From Actinomycetota bacterium (GTDB lineage Bacteria; Actinomycetota; Actinomycetes; Actinomycetales; Angustibacteraceae): a stretch of DNA of 64,000 nucleotides. Made by a program: the position numbers and the translations under genes. The notes under the pieces were generated by a model. The model was not told the DNA's origin. It made no database searches and saw only the letters and a list, made by a program, of their open reading frames with translations. The DNA is taken from the NCBI GenBank assembly GCA_051645425.1, contig JBOFBH010000012.1, positions 35,472 through 99,471 of the forward strand, read 5' to 3'. Positions 36,914 to 47,266 of this stretch are shown here, one piece after another (position 1 is the first letter of the stretch; each line of letters opens with the position of its first letter).

Positions 36914-38065
36914 TTAGCCTTTGTCCAGGCTAACTCGATTGGCCCTCGGGATAGCAGCACGGAATTCGCGGGCAAGGTGAAGGAAACGGTCATTCACTGT
37001 TCTGTCTCCCACGCTGACTCGCATTCCTTCCCCAGCAAATGGGCGCACAATGACATGGTTTTGTTGGCATAGCGAAGCGAAATCTTCCGTGGCTTCCGCC
37101 AAACTAAACCAGAAAAAATTCCCCTCGCTGCTAGGAATCTCCCACCCCTGCTCTTGAAGAACCTGGCTCATCCGCTGTCGTTCGGTAACGATGAGCTCCA
37201 CTCTCTCGTGTAGTTCATCGCGGTATTGAAGAGATGCCACGGCTGCCACCTGAGCGAGGCTGCTCACCGCAAACGGGACAGCTGTTTTCCGTAACGCGGC
37301 CGCGACGAGAGGCGCTGCTATGGCATACCCCACTCGGAGGCCAGCTAACCCGTAAGCCTTCGAGAAAGTCCGAAGGACCACCACATTGGGGTGCCGTCGC
37401 CACACCGCCAACGCTTGAGGTGCCTGGGTATCACGCACGAATTCGATGTACGCCTCGTCTAAGACAACAACGACATCATTCGGGATTTTGGTAAGAAAGG
37501 AATCCAATTCATCGGCGTGGACCACTGGACCGGTGGGATTGTTTGGGGAGCAGACCACCACAACGCCGGTGCGGGCGGTCACCACAGCCGCCATAGCCGG
37601 AAGATCGTGGCGTCCGTCTGGCTGTAAGGGCACTGGCACCGGCGTCGCAGCGGCGACCTGCGTCACGATGGGATACGCCTCAAAAGATCGCCAACTGAAC
37701 ACCGCCTCCGCACCCGGTTCACACGCCGCCGTCACGATTTGACTCAGCACACCGACACTGCCTGGGCCCGTCACCACACACTCTTCTGGGACTTCAAGGT
37801 GTTCAGCCAGGGCTGAGGTGAGCTCTGAAGCGGCCATGTCTGGGTACCGGTTGATGGTGCCTATCCGCTTGGCAATGGCTTCTCGAACTGATGGCAATGG
37901 CGGGTAAGGGTTTTCGTTGGAGGCTAGAGACATCGCTATAGCCGCGACGTTCCGACCACCCGGCACATAGGTGGGCACACCATCCAACGCCGAGCGAAGG
38001 CGTACCGGACCCACTACAGAAGCGTCAGCATGTGGGTCGGGCGGCAATGGCACGCCATTCACCAT
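36914..38065 (-). CDS. Histidinol-phosphate/aromatic aminotransferase family (HisC-like)
   Basis: NENPYPP, NPNNPTG and TFSKAYGLAGLRVGY (PLP lysine). Confidence 0.88.
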   Translation of the reverse strand: MVNGVPLPPDPHADASVVGPVRLRSALDGVPTYVPGGRNVAAIAMSLASNENPYPPLPSVREAIAKRIGTINRYPDMAASELTSALAEHLEVPEECVVTGPGSVGVLSQIVTAACEPGAEAVFSWRSFEAYPIVTQVAAATPVPVPLQPDGRHDLPAMAAVVTARTGVVVVCSPNNPTGPVVHADELDSFLTKIPNDVVVVLDEAYIEFVRDTQAPQALAVWRRHPNVVVLRTFSKAYGLAGLRVGYAIAAPLVAAALRKTAVPFAVSSLAQVAAVASLQYRDELHERVELIVTERQRMSQVLQEQGWEIPSSEGNFFWFSLAEATEDFASLCQQNHVIVRPFAGEGMRVSVGDRTVNDRFLHLAREFRAAIPRANRVSLDKG

Positions 38066-38186
38066 AGTGACTTCTGAGCAACCGGGGGTGAGTTGCCCGT
38101 CTCACGGCGCCTTCAGAACAGCACCTGAGTTCTTAAACAGCGACGATGTTCGCGTTGTGAGGACTCGACTGCCAGAATGTGCGGTC

Positions 38187-38600
38187 ATGAGATCTCTCAT
38201 CCTCAAAGTCGGCATTAATGCGGTAGCCATTTGGATCGCCACGATGGTCGTTGATCCGCTTCGCGTGTCTCGCGGTGATGGCAGCACTATCGGTGTGATC
38301 GCTGTGTTCCTGCTGCTGGGGTTGATCTTCGGAGTCGTGAACACCATCGTGAAACCGGTGGTGAAGTTCTTCACCTTGCCGTTCTACTTCCTCAGTCTGG
38401 GCCTGGTTGCGTTTGTGGTGAACGCACTCATGCTGTCGATTACCGCGGGGCTGGCCGGCTCGTACTTCGACATCGGCTCTTTCTGGTCTGGGGCGTTACC
38501 GGCAGCAGTCATTGTGACTTTCGTCAGCCTCATTTTGCACATAGTGCTCCCCGACCCCAAAGATCACGACCGGAAACGGGACACCAATCGTGACCGCTGA
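38187..38600 (+). CDS. Four-TM membrane protein, phage-holin-4_2 (PF04020)-like
   Basis: MRSLILKVGINAVAIWIA...NTIVKPVVKFFTLPFYFLSLGLVAFVVNALML matches the family pattern. The longer track ORF overlaps the hisC-like gene. Confidence 0.7.
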   Translation: MRSLILKVGINAVAIWIATMVVDPLRVSRGDGSTIGVIAVFLLLGLIFGVVNTIVKPVVKFFTLPFYFLSLGLVAFVVNALMLSITAGLAGSYFDIGSFWSGALPAAVIVTFVSLILHIVLPDPKDHDRKRDTNRDR

Positions 38601-38640
38601 GTCGCATCTGCCTCACGAAAGTGCCCGTCCCGACCCACCT

Positions 38641-39138
38641 ATGACAGGCGTCCCGGCACGTAGCGTCTGCTTTGTCTGCACGGGAAATATTTGCCGGTCC
38701 CCAATGGCTGACGTGATCACCCGAGCACTTCTCACTCAAGCCGGGCGAGCGGCAGACGTCATAGTGAGCAGCGCCGGTACTGGCAACTGGCATGAAGGGG
38801 ACGGCGCTGATCCGCGTACTGTCACCGCTCTTGCCGACGCAGGATATGACGGCAGCGATCATGTAGCACGTCAATTCGATCCAGAGCAGTTCGCTGATCT
38901 CGATCTGATTGTGGCGTTGGATCGCAGTCACCTCATCGCTTTGCGGCGCTTAGACACCAGCGGCGACCATCATGATCGAATCGTCCTCCTGGACGGTCTC
39001 ACCGCTGACGACGCGGCGGATGTTCCTGACCCGTACTGGGGAGACGCGCATGACTTCCAACGTTGCCTCACTCAGATTGAAAACGCCTGCCGGAAGCTCC
39101 TCGACCATCCGGCGCTTAACGCTCCCCACTCCGCTTAA
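38641..39138 (+). CDS. Low-molecular-weight protein-tyrosine phosphatase
   Basis: Catalytic loop VCFVCTGNICRSPMAD and the downstream DPYWG. Confidence 0.9.
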   Translation: MTGVPARSVCFVCTGNICRSPMADVITRALLTQAGRAADVIVSSAGTGNWHEGDGADPRTVTALADAGYDGSDHVARQFDPEQFADLDLIVALDRSHLIALRRLDTSGDHHDRIVLLDGLTADDAADVPDPYWGDAHDFQRCLTQIENACRKLLDHPALNAPHSA

Positions 39139-39227
39139 CTGAAACCCCAGCAAAGCGAGTCAGCACCACTTTGGCGAAACGAGCTCCCAGGCAAGCTGAA
39201 GTCGGGGTGAACGCCTATCCTTAAAGG

Positions 39228-40499
39228 GTGACTCTTCCTTCTCGCCGCCGGCCTCGCGTGGTGGTGATCGGCGGCGGTTTCGCCGGCCTATCGGCGGTCC
39301 GACAACTCAGCGTCGCTGACGTAGACATTCTGCTTATTGACCGTAATGGGTACAACACGTTTCAACCCCTGCTCTACCAAGTGGCCACTGGTGGCCTTAA
39401 CCCCGGTGATGTGACATACGCATTACGGGCCTTCACGAGTCGCTTTCCTAATGCTGATTTTTTGCGCGCAAGTGTCACCGGGATTGACCCAGAACGTCGG
39501 CACGTCAGCCTCGATACCGGCGATCCGGTGGAATACGACTACCTCATCATCAGTACCGGGATCGCCGCCAACTATTTTGGGATCCCAGGAGCCGCTAAGC
39601 ACGCGCACACGATGTACACGCGAGCTGGCGCGATTGAGACCCGTGACCACGTCATGACGGCTTTGGAAGATGCCGCCCGCAATTTGCCAGGGGCACCTAC
39701 TCCCACCGTGGTCGTCGTCGGCGGAGGCGCTACGGGCGTGGAGATGGCGGGTAGCCTGGCTGAGCTGCGCAACACCGCCATTCCGGTTGCTTACCGGACC
39801 CTTGACCCGACGCAAGTGCACATCATCTTGGTGGAGATGCAAGACCACCTTTTGGCGCCTTTCCACCCCAAGTTACGGACGTACACCGCTAAGGAACTCC
39901 GTAAACGGGGGGTGGATTTACGCCTCGGAGCATCCGTCCAAGAAGTCCGCGACGATGCGGTGGTGATTAAGCGGGCTGATGGTGAGCTGGAGACGATCCC
40001 GGCGGCGGTGACCGTGTGGGCATCTGGAATTTCTGCGACCCCCGTCGTCGGGGGGTGGGGTTTACCAACCGGACGCGGCGGGCGGATTCGAGTGGGCCCA
40101 GATTTGCGTGTCGAAGGCTATCCGGAGATTTTCGCGGTCGGCGACGTAGCCGCCCAAGAAGCAACACCCCTGCCGCAAGTAGCGCAACCGGCAATTCAAG
40201 GTGGCCGGCACGCCGGCGTCCAAATCCGCCGAATCCTTGCCGGGGCCGCGACGGAACCTTTCCATTACAAGGACAAAGGCATGATGGCGACCATCGGCCG
40301 CAGCGATGCTGTGGTGCAGCTGCCATTTGGTGCACGGTTCAGCGGGTTCCTCGCATGGGTGGCGTGGGTGGGTCTGCACGTGGTGACGTTAGTCAGTAAC
40401 CGCAACCGCTTCGCCACACTCATCAACTTGTCGGTGCGTTATTTGAGCTGGCCGGGAAGTCTTAACGTCGTCGTGGGAGACCGCGCCGATAACGCGTAG
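39228..40499 (+). CDS. ndh: Type II NADH dehydrogenase (NDH-2)
   Basis: VVVIGGGFAGLSA, a second Rossmann motif VVVVGGGATGVEMAG, and GDVAA. Confidence 0.92.
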   Translation: MTLPSRRRPRVVVIGGGFAGLSAVRQLSVADVDILLIDRNGYNTFQPLLYQVATGGLNPGDVTYALRAFTSRFPNADFLRASVTGIDPERRHVSLDTGDPVEYDYLIISTGIAANYFGIPGAAKHAHTMYTRAGAIETRDHVMTALEDAARNLPGAPTPTVVVVGGGATGVEMAGSLAELRNTAIPVAYRTLDPTQVHIILVEMQDHLLAPFHPKLRTYTAKELRKRGVDLRLGASVQEVRDDAVVIKRADGELETIPAAVTVWASGISATPVVGGWGLPTGRGGRIRVGPDLRVEGYPEIFAVGDVAAQEATPLPQVAQPAIQGGRHAGVQIRRILAGAATEPFHYKDKGMMATIGRSDAVVQLPFGARFSGFLAWVAWVGLHVVTLVSNRNRFATLINLSVRYLSWPGSLNVVVGDRADNA

Positions 40500-40569
40500 C
40501 TGTACCGAGAATTGAGAAGTTTGGTCTCATTCTTCTCCCTATTGTCAGTGCCCTATGCCAAGGTGAAAC

Positions 40570-41373
40570 ATGACTACCCACACCAGCCCATGGGCTGCCG
40601 GCACACCCTGTTGGGTCGATTTATCAGCAACGAATCCGGCGGATATTCGCGACTTCTACACCGGTCTATTCGGGTGGAAGTACGAGTTAACAGCTGAAGA
40701 ATTTGGGGGCTACGGGATTGCGACGTTTAACGGCCACCACGTTGCTGGAATCGGCAACAAGCAAGACCCTTCACAACCCAGCTCATGGATCACCTATCTC
40801 GCTACTCACAACGCTGACACGTCCGCTGCTCAGATCATCGGAGCTGGCGGCAATGTCATCGTGCCGGCGATGGACGTAGGTTCAATGGGCCGAATGTTGA
40901 TCGCAACGGATACGGTTGGTGCCGCGTTTGGCATGTGGCAAGCCCGTGACATGATCGGCGCCCAGCTCGTCAACGAAGCTGGCGGGTTTGTCTGGAATGA
41001 GCAGCTCAGCCGAGACGTACCTGCTTCTGTCACGTTCTACTCTGCCCTTGGTTTAACAGCAGAGCCTCTTCCAGATGACTCCCTTATCTATTTCACGATG
41101 AACGCCAGCGACGACTACATGGTCGCCGGGGTGGGGGAGATTCCAGACGAGTTACCTCAAGAAACCCCAGCGCAGTGGCTCACCTACTTTGCCACCGTGG
41201 ACACTGACGCGACCACCGCACGTGTTGTTGAGCTGGGTGGGCAGGTTGTCGATGCACCACAAGACACCCCTTATGGGCGTCTTGTGGTTTTCGCCGGCCT
41301 TGAAGGTGAGTGGTTTGCGGCCATGTCGGTCGCTTCAGGCGGTGAAACGTACCGCGAGTCTGATCTCGCCTGA
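40570..41373 (+). CDS. Two-domain VOC (glyoxalase/bleomycin-resistance fold) protein
   Basis: PCWVDLSATNPADIRDFYTGLFGW and a duplicated beta-alpha-beta-beta-beta-like half. Confidence 0.72.
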   Translation: MTTHTSPWAAGTPCWVDLSATNPADIRDFYTGLFGWKYELTAEEFGGYGIATFNGHHVAGIGNKQDPSQPSSWITYLATHNADTSAAQIIGAGGNVIVPAMDVGSMGRMLIATDTVGAAFGMWQARDMIGAQLVNEAGGFVWNEQLSRDVPASVTFYSALGLTAEPLPDDSLIYFTMNASDDYMVAGVGEIPDELPQETPAQWLTYFATVDTDATTARVVELGGQVVDAPQDTPYGRLVVFAGLEGEWFAAMSVASGGETYRESDLA

Positions 41374-41426
41374 TCACTCTTCGGACGGCGCCTCGGGGGG
41401 CACAGTGTTTCTGCGAGCATGTTCCG

Positions 41427-42875
41427 GTGACATCATCAGATTCTTCGTCCGATCCCTCCGCTGTGACTTCCTCAAGCATGACTCCTCTGGCCGCGTCAGG
41501 GGTTGCCTTAGGTGCCCTGGACGGGCGGTACCGCAGTTCAGTTGCTCCGCTGGTGGAGCACCTTTCTGAGGCAGCGTTGAATCGAGAACGAATTCGCGTT
41601 GAAATCGAATGGGTGATTCACCTCGCCAGCACGCGTGCGGTGCCGGGGGTGCGTGAGCTGTCAGCCGAGGAGATCACCGCGCTTCGAGCCATCCCACAAC
41701 AGTTCGGCCCACAAGACGTCGCGGACTTAGCTGTCATTGAACGCGAAACCGTCCATGACGTGAAAGCGGTTGAGTACTATCTGAAACGACGGATGTCTAC
41801 TGGGAGCCTGGCAGACCTGACTGAACTAGTGCATTTTTGCTGTACTAGTGAAGACATCAACAATCTTGCGTACGCGTTGATGGTACGGGAAGCAGTCCAG
41901 CATGTATGGGCTCCACTCGCACGACAACTCGTCAACGATCTTTGCGCGCTGGCGGTGCAGTTACGCGACGTGCCAATGTTGGCTCGCACTCATGGGCAGC
42001 CAGCCACGCCCACCACCATGGGAAAAGAACTGGCTGTTCTGGCGAATCGGTTGCGCCGTCAACTGCGGCGAATCGACACCGCGGAATATCTGGGAAAAAT
42101 CAACGGCGCCACCGGGACATACGCGGCGCATATAGCTGCCGTACCCAGCACCGACTGGGCCGAAGTGTCGCGTTCCTTTGTGACCCACTTGGGCTTGACT
42201 TGGAACCCGCTGACCACTCAAATCGAGTCCCACGATTGGCAAGCCGAACTTTACGACGACGTTGCCCGGTTCAACCGGATCGCACACAACCTTTGCACTG
42301 ACATGTGGTCCTACATTTCGATGGGGTACTTCGCGCAAGTCCGCGGGCAGGGAACTGTTGGGTCGTCCACGATGCCGCACAAAGTGAATCCCATTCGGTT
42401 CGAGAATGCCGAGGCAAATTTGGAGGTTTCAAACGCATTGTTCAATGTGTTGGCAGCCACGTTAGTGACATCCCGCCTGCAACGGGACCTCACCGACTCG
42501 TCCATGCAACGCAACATCGGCACCGCGTTTGGTCATTCACTTCTTGCCCTTGAAAACATCCGCCGAGGCCTGGCCGGGGTCGATGCGGATCCCAACGCCA
42601 TGGCTACTGACTTAGACGCTAACTGGGAGGTGCTCGGCGAAGCAGTCCAATCCGCAATGCGCGCGGCGGGCCTCGCCGGGGTACCAGGCATGGCAGACCC
42701 GTATGAGCGACTTAAAGATCTGACCCGTGGCCGACGCGTTGACGCCCCCGCTCTTCGCGCTTTCATTGCAAATCTAGGCTTGCCGGCCCACACCCAGGAG
42801 CGGTTGTCCGCCCTTACCCCGGCGACCTATACCGGGCAGGCGACAGCTCTTGTTGAGTACCTTGCTTGTGAATAA
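41427..42875 (+). CDS. purB: Adenylosuccinate lyase
   Basis: LGALDGRYRS, HFCCTSEDINN, TLARTHGQPATPTT and SSTMPHKVNP (fumarate-lyase signature). The start may be M at 41478. Confidence 0.93.
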   Translation: MTSSDSSSDPSAVTSSSMTPLAASGVALGALDGRYRSSVAPLVEHLSEAALNRERIRVEIEWVIHLASTRAVPGVRELSAEEITALRAIPQQFGPQDVADLAVIERETVHDVKAVEYYLKRRMSTGSLADLTELVHFCCTSEDINNLAYALMVREAVQHVWAPLARQLVNDLCALAVQLRDVPMLARTHGQPATPTTMGKELAVLANRLRRQLRRIDTAEYLGKINGATGTYAAHIAAVPSTDWAEVSRSFVTHLGLTWNPLTTQIESHDWQAELYDDVARFNRIAHNLCTDMWSYISMGYFAQVRGQGTVGSSTMPHKVNPIRFENAEANLEVSNALFNVLAATLVTSRLQRDLTDSSMQRNIGTAFGHSLLALENIRRGLAGVDADPNAMATDLDANWEVLGEAVQSAMRAAGLAGVPGMADPYERLKDLTRGRRVDAPALRAFIANLGLPAHTQERLSALTPATYTGQATALVEYLACE

Positions 42876-42900
42876 TCCAGGAGCACCGTCGGTAGTGTGG

Positions 42901-43719
42901 TTAACGCCTCTTCACCATCGCGTTGATCACGTCTTTAGATCTTTGCGCTCCCGTAGCCAGATCCATGCCATTTCGACTGATGATGGCTGTGCTTCCAAAT
43001 GAGCGATCACCCACCCAAATGCAAGCCACTGCTTGGGGGGATATCAAGGCGCACTCCATCGTGCTAATGACCCCACCGCCAGCTTGGGTAACAAAGATCG
43101 GGGAACCGCCAGGACTCATCGACTGGGTAGCACCGCCTTTGACGCTGCTGATCACTTGCTCGATGGGGAAATCTTCATCGGTGACAGCAGCCGAGGCGAC
43201 CACTTGGACCGACGAGTCAGGCGTTGCATAGATCTCAGTGGCCGCTTCTTTCACATAGGCAAGTTGGCGGAAAGCATCGCTGACAGGTTCGATTTGTTGG
43301 CGAATCTGGGAATCGTTACTGCGCTGAAGATCACCGACCGTGTCCGGGGCATCTATGCGTTGGAGCAGGAAAGGCAACACCACTGCCGCCACAAGTATCA
43401 GCACAAAAAGCCCCACGATTATCCCCACTCCGATAATCACAAGGGTCATTGAGCTTTTCTTCTTCGGCGGGGTCGTGGCCGGCCAGTGAGAAGCAAACTG
43501 AGAATGCTGCGCTGAAAGTGGCGACGCACCAGAGTGGGGTTGAGTCGTGGCCATCAGTGACGCACCGAATTGCGGGTTCGGAACGGGGGGTGCGACGGGT
43601 AATGACGGAGCACCGAAGCGGGGGTCTGATGCTTGGGCTGGCGGAGTACCGAACCTGGGGTCTGGGGTCAATGGCTGTGGGCCAGGGCCTTGCGAGGACC
43701 AACCCGAATCCTGAGACAT
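42901..43719 (-). CDS. Single-pass membrane protein with Pro-rich repeats (hypothetical)
   Basis: Repeated DPRFG(T/A)P units, one TM (MTLVIIGVGIIVGLFVLILVAAVVL) and an extracytoplasmic domain of about 150 aa. Confidence 0.55.
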   Translation of the reverse strand: MSQDSGWSSQGPGPQPLTPDPRFGTPPAQASDPRFGAPSLPVAPPVPNPQFGASLMATTQPHSGASPLSAQHSQFASHWPATTPPKKKSSMTLVIIGVGIIVGLFVLILVAAVVLPFLLQRIDAPDTVGDLQRSNDSQIRQQIEPVSDAFRQLAYVKEAATEIYATPDSSVQVVASAAVTDEDFPIEQVISSVKGGATQSMSPGGSPIFVTQAGGGVISTMECALISPQAVACIWVGDRSFGSTAIISRNGMDLATGAQRSKDVINAMVKRR

Positions 43720-43784
43720 CCTTTAACCCCCTACGCCGATAGTGCTGTGGCTATCGACTCGCGGGGCTTATTCCTTAAGTGGCA

Positions 43785-44444
43785 CTAAATGGTGACGCTT
43801 TGCCCTGAGTTCGATGCGAAAGTGCAAGACAGTAAACCTGGGTTGCCGTGGGGGGCCACAAAATCGATGGCGACGTCCGCGGGGTGGTCGTGATCTGGGA
43901 GTCCTAACCAGTCCAAAACCCGGCTCTTGTCACCAGCGATCTGCAGGTGAGTCAACCGAGCGGTTGGCACCGAACCCACTGGCTGCGAACCAACCGCCGA
44001 TGGATGCAAATCCGCTGGAACTTCCCACTGCACCAAAAAAGGAAGCTGCGGATCAGCAATTAGGCCCTTCACACCGATCTGCCGCCATCTCAGCTCAACT
44101 CCGTCCGGGCGATGTCGATTTCCGGGGACTGATAGTCGCCCGAGACGTTGCTCCGCCGGGGCCAAATCATCCACCGCCACCACCCACCCGAGCCAACCGC
44201 CACCGTTTTGAGCACGCATCCGGACGGCTTGACCAAACGGCGCCTTGTCGGACGCTGGGTGATCTAACACCTCAACAACTTCGATATACCGGCCCTCAGC
44301 TAACGGAAGGATGACGTTGCGGGTGCCGAACCGAGGGTGCACCCCGCCATCGACGGGCGTTACCCCCAGCGCTTTGCCTAATTGCTCGGCGGCGTGGGTC
44401 AAACCTCCGTTTTCGGCAACATATGAGACGTGGTCCACGCGCAT
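43785..44444 (-). CDS. Glyoxalase-like (VOC) domain protein
   Basis: MRVDHVSYVAE...GVHPRFGTRNVILPL...YIEVVEV, as in PF13468-type proteins. Confidence 0.7.
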   Translation of the reverse strand: MRVDHVSYVAENGGLTHAAEQLGKALGVTPVDGGVHPRFGTRNVILPLAEGRYIEVVEVLDHPASDKAPFGQAVRMRAQNGGGWLGWVVAVDDLAPAEQRLGRLSVPGNRHRPDGVELRWRQIGVKGLIADPQLPFLVQWEVPADLHPSAVGSQPVGSVPTARLTHLQIAGDKSRVLDWLGLPDHDHPADVAIDFVAPHGNPGLLSCTFASNSGQSVTI

Positions 44445-44531
44445 GGCCGAGATCGTGTCACACCCCAAGAGAGCGCTTCGCGGCAGGTCCGTTCGGCTTA
44501 TAAAACATTTGCCGATTCGTTGCGTTACTAG

Positions 44532-45746
44532 TTAATAGCGACGAGTACTTAAGAACGCAGCGAGCCGATCAATTGCCTCATGAAGCACATCGACTGACGG
44601 CAAAGTGACAATCCGAATGTGATCAGGATCAGGCCAATTGAAACCAGTCCCCTGCACCACCAGCACACGTTGTTCGCGAAGGAAGTCAAGCACGAACTGC
44701 CGGTCATCGGCGATGGAATATATCTGTGGGTCAAATCTCGGAAAAAGATAAAGGGCACCTTGCGGGCGAGTGCAGGTCACACCGGGTATCTGTTCCAACA
44801 TCTTCAGCGCCACGTCTCGTTGTTCGCGAAGCCTGCCGGTGGGTAGTAATAACTCTTCCACGTCGGAGTCCCCATTCAAAGCGGCAGAGACGGCCAGTTG
44901 CGCGGGGACATTGCTGCATAACCGCATATTGGCTAAGACAGTGAGACCTTCGATATAGCTACTCGCGGTGCCGGTTGGGCCCGAGAGCACCATCCACCCA
45001 GCACGGAAACCAGCCAATCGGTATGCCTTCGACAGTCCGTTGAATGTCGCACACACCACATCCGGCGCTAACGCCGCCGTTGAGGTGTGTGCGACTTCGT
45101 CATACAGGATCTGGTCGTATATCTCATCGCTAAACAGCATGAGGTGGTTCTCCCGGGCCACCTCAATCATGGCTTCCAGGACTGGCTCACTGTAAACCGC
45201 ACCGGTCGGGTTGTTCGGGTTAATCACCACCAGCGCACGAGTCCGCGAGCTGACCTTGGCGCGGAGATCATCGATGTCAGGTTGCCAGCCGGCAGTTTCA
45301 TCACAGCGGTAGTGCACCGCGCGGCCACCGGCAAGTGACACGGCGGCTGTCCACAGTGGGTAGTCCGGCGCAGGCACCAGAACTTCATCCCCGTTGTTCA
45401 GTAATGCTTGCATGGCCATGACGATGAGCTCGCTCACTCCGTTCCCCAGGTAAGTGTGAGTGACTCCGATGCTGGTCAGGCCCTTCCCTTGGTGGTAGTC
45501 CACGACCGCACGCCGCGCACTGAGCAGCCCCTGAGAATCGCAATACCCTTGTGCGGCAGGCAGATTCTCAGCAACGTAAGCCAAGACTTTTGGGGGAGCA
45601 TTGAAGCCAAACGGCGCGGGGTTGCCAATATTAAGTTTCAGGATGTGGTGGCCTTCGTCTTCCAAACGGCGCGCTTCCGCGAGGACCGGGCCGCGAATGT
45701 CGTAACAGACGTCGGCAAGTTTGCGGGACTGGGAAATGACCACCAT
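44532..45746 (-). CDS. Class I PLP-dependent aminotransferase (AlaA/AspC-like)
   Basis: LNIGNPAPFGF, INPNNPTGAVY and NGLSKAYRLAGFRAGW. Confidence 0.92.
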   Translation of the reverse strand: MVVISQSRKLADVCYDIRGPVLAEARRLEDEGHHILKLNIGNPAPFGFNAPPKVLAYVAENLPAAQGYCDSQGLLSARRAVVDYHQGKGLTSIGVTHTYLGNGVSELIVMAMQALLNNGDEVLVPAPDYPLWTAAVSLAGGRAVHYRCDETAGWQPDIDDLRAKVSSRTRALVVINPNNPTGAVYSEPVLEAMIEVARENHLMLFSDEIYDQILYDEVAHTSTAALAPDVVCATFNGLSKAYRLAGFRAGWMVLSGPTGTASSYIEGLTVLANMRLCSNVPAQLAVSAALNGDSDVEELLLPTGRLREQRDVALKMLEQIPGVTCTRPQGALYLFPRFDPQIYSIADDRQFVLDFLREQRVLVVQGTGFNWPDPDHIRIVTLPSVDVLHEAIDRLAAFLSTRRY

Positions 45747-45859
45747 TGTCTTAGTGTTTCAGGTCAGCTCAGGGCATGGGGAGGTAATCGGATCAGGGCA
45801 ATTCCTGCCAGATCCCACATCCAGCGCTACGGTAGATCCGGGCCAGGGGTCGGTCCTCA

Positions 45860-46303
45860 TTGTCCGCGCTGAGACGAAAGGCTCAGATGAGCGTGCGCCA
45901 ATTACCGATCACCGAGCTCCCGATCGGGCGAATTATCGGCGAGTGGGCTTTACGCGCCGATAGTCAGGCTCCCCGTTCAGCTCGCCATTGCATTCACGAC
46001 GCACTTGGTGAGGTCCCGGAGCAACTACTGCGCCGGATTGTTCTTGTCACTAGTGAGCTGGTGACTAACAGTGTGCGATACGCCCCCGGCGGTCTCACGG
46101 TCACGTTGAGCGAAAGCCCTACCAATTGGGTGGTGTCCGTTGCCGATAGCAGCCACATCGTGCCTCGATTTGAACAACAACACGCACTCGCCGAACAAGG
46201 GCGCGGCATGGTGATCGTGCAGCGGATCAGCGAGGAAGTGGGCTGGTCGAAAACCCCCACCGGTAAGGTGGTTTGGGCTCGTTTCGCCCGAGACATCCTC
46301 TGA
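45860..46303 (+). CDS. HATPase_c_2 (RsbW-like) ATP-binding protein / putative anti-sigma kinase
   Basis: LVTSELVTNSVRYAPGG...VSVADS...EQGRGMVIVQRISEEVGW...GKVVWARF. Confidence 0.65.
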   Translation: MSALRRKAQMSVRQLPITELPIGRIIGEWALRADSQAPRSARHCIHDALGEVPEQLLRRIVLVTSELVTNSVRYAPGGLTVTLSESPTNWVVSVADSSHIVPRFEQQHALAEQGRGMVIVQRISEEVGWSKTPTGKVVWARFARDIL

Positions 46304-46350
46304 TCGTTTCGCCTGATGCAGCAACGAAGTCGAAGACCTGCTGCCCGTGG

Positions 46351-47040
46351 CTATTGCGTCGTTCCGACTCCAACAGCAGTCCGCCAACGCGCGTGAACCG
46401 TGTGGGCAACAACGCCGAACGATGGCTGTTGAAATGGCTGCGAGTAGTGCAGCTCCTCTGAATGAAACGTGAGTAAACGATCGCCCAGACTCACGGGGCC
46501 CGTAGGTAGCCTCGTGCAGGCTTCTTCGCGGAGAATGAACACCAAACTCGGGGTCGCAGATAACCCTCTTCCAGCATCTACTTCAATGTCTTTGATGTCA
46601 CACCACGGAACCCACACATAGTGGCCTCGGTGCCTAATCCGAATATCGTCTTTGCGAACAATCAATACGGGTTCAGCCCCAAACCATGTATCGCGTTGCC
46701 AGCGCCAGGCCATGATTGCCACGACTATGCCCAGCACACCGGAAAGAAAAGGCGACCATAAGGCCAGACCTGTCGCTCCCATAACAAGGGGATAGCTGGC
46801 CATCCCCAGAAGGATCAACAGCCCACAGACGTTTACGAAGTCCCGACGGCGAAGCGCCTTCATGTCGGGTTGGGTGACGAGGTCAGCAGATGCCAGTTCG
46901 TCCACCGGCCGTGGAGAATGCGCGATGAGGCTGGACGCATCTGACACTGACTGATCATCTCGGATCCATTGGTCGGAGCGCATGGAGTTCCTTATCGATC
47001 GTGGCCCGGTCATCGTTTCTGGTTGCCGGATAGACGGCAA
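46351..47040 (-). CDS. Hypothetical two-TM membrane protein
   Basis: 229-aa ORF with two adjacent TM segments followed by a soluble domain. No motif recognised. Confidence 0.5.
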   Translation of the reverse strand: MPSIRQPETMTGPRSIRNSMRSDQWIRDDQSVSDASSLIAHSPRPVDELASADLVTQPDMKALRRRDFVNVCGLLILLGMASYPLVMGATGLALWSPFLSGVLGIVVAIMAWRWQRDTWFGAEPVLIVRKDDIRIRHRGHYVWVPWCDIKDIEVDAGRGLSATPSLVFILREEACTRLPTGPVSLGDRLLTFHSEELHYSQPFQQPSFGVVAHTVHARWRTAVGVGTTQ

Positions 47041-47225
47041 CTTTTACGCCATGGTGGCAGCGAATTCGCTGCCAGTGAGTCCCACAAAAGCGCTGACTTT
47101 TTACGAGCACGGACATCCCGTCATAAGAGCGACAAATGGCCCCGCACGAGTCTTGCCAGATGGGCCAGCGATGAAGAAGTCCGACGGCCATCCTCCGTAC
47201 ACGACCCAGCCAACTTGCCGCATAG

Positions 47226-47266
47226 GAACGGCCCGCCGCAGTTGGGAGATCCGCGGCGGGCCGTTC
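47226..47266 (-). terminator. Perfect 14-bp GC hairpin downstream of the LOX-like gene
   Basis: GAACGGCCCGCCGC-13 nt-GCGGCGGGCCGTTC. Two further hairpins lie at about 47270-47303 and 47306-47319. Confidence 0.5.
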
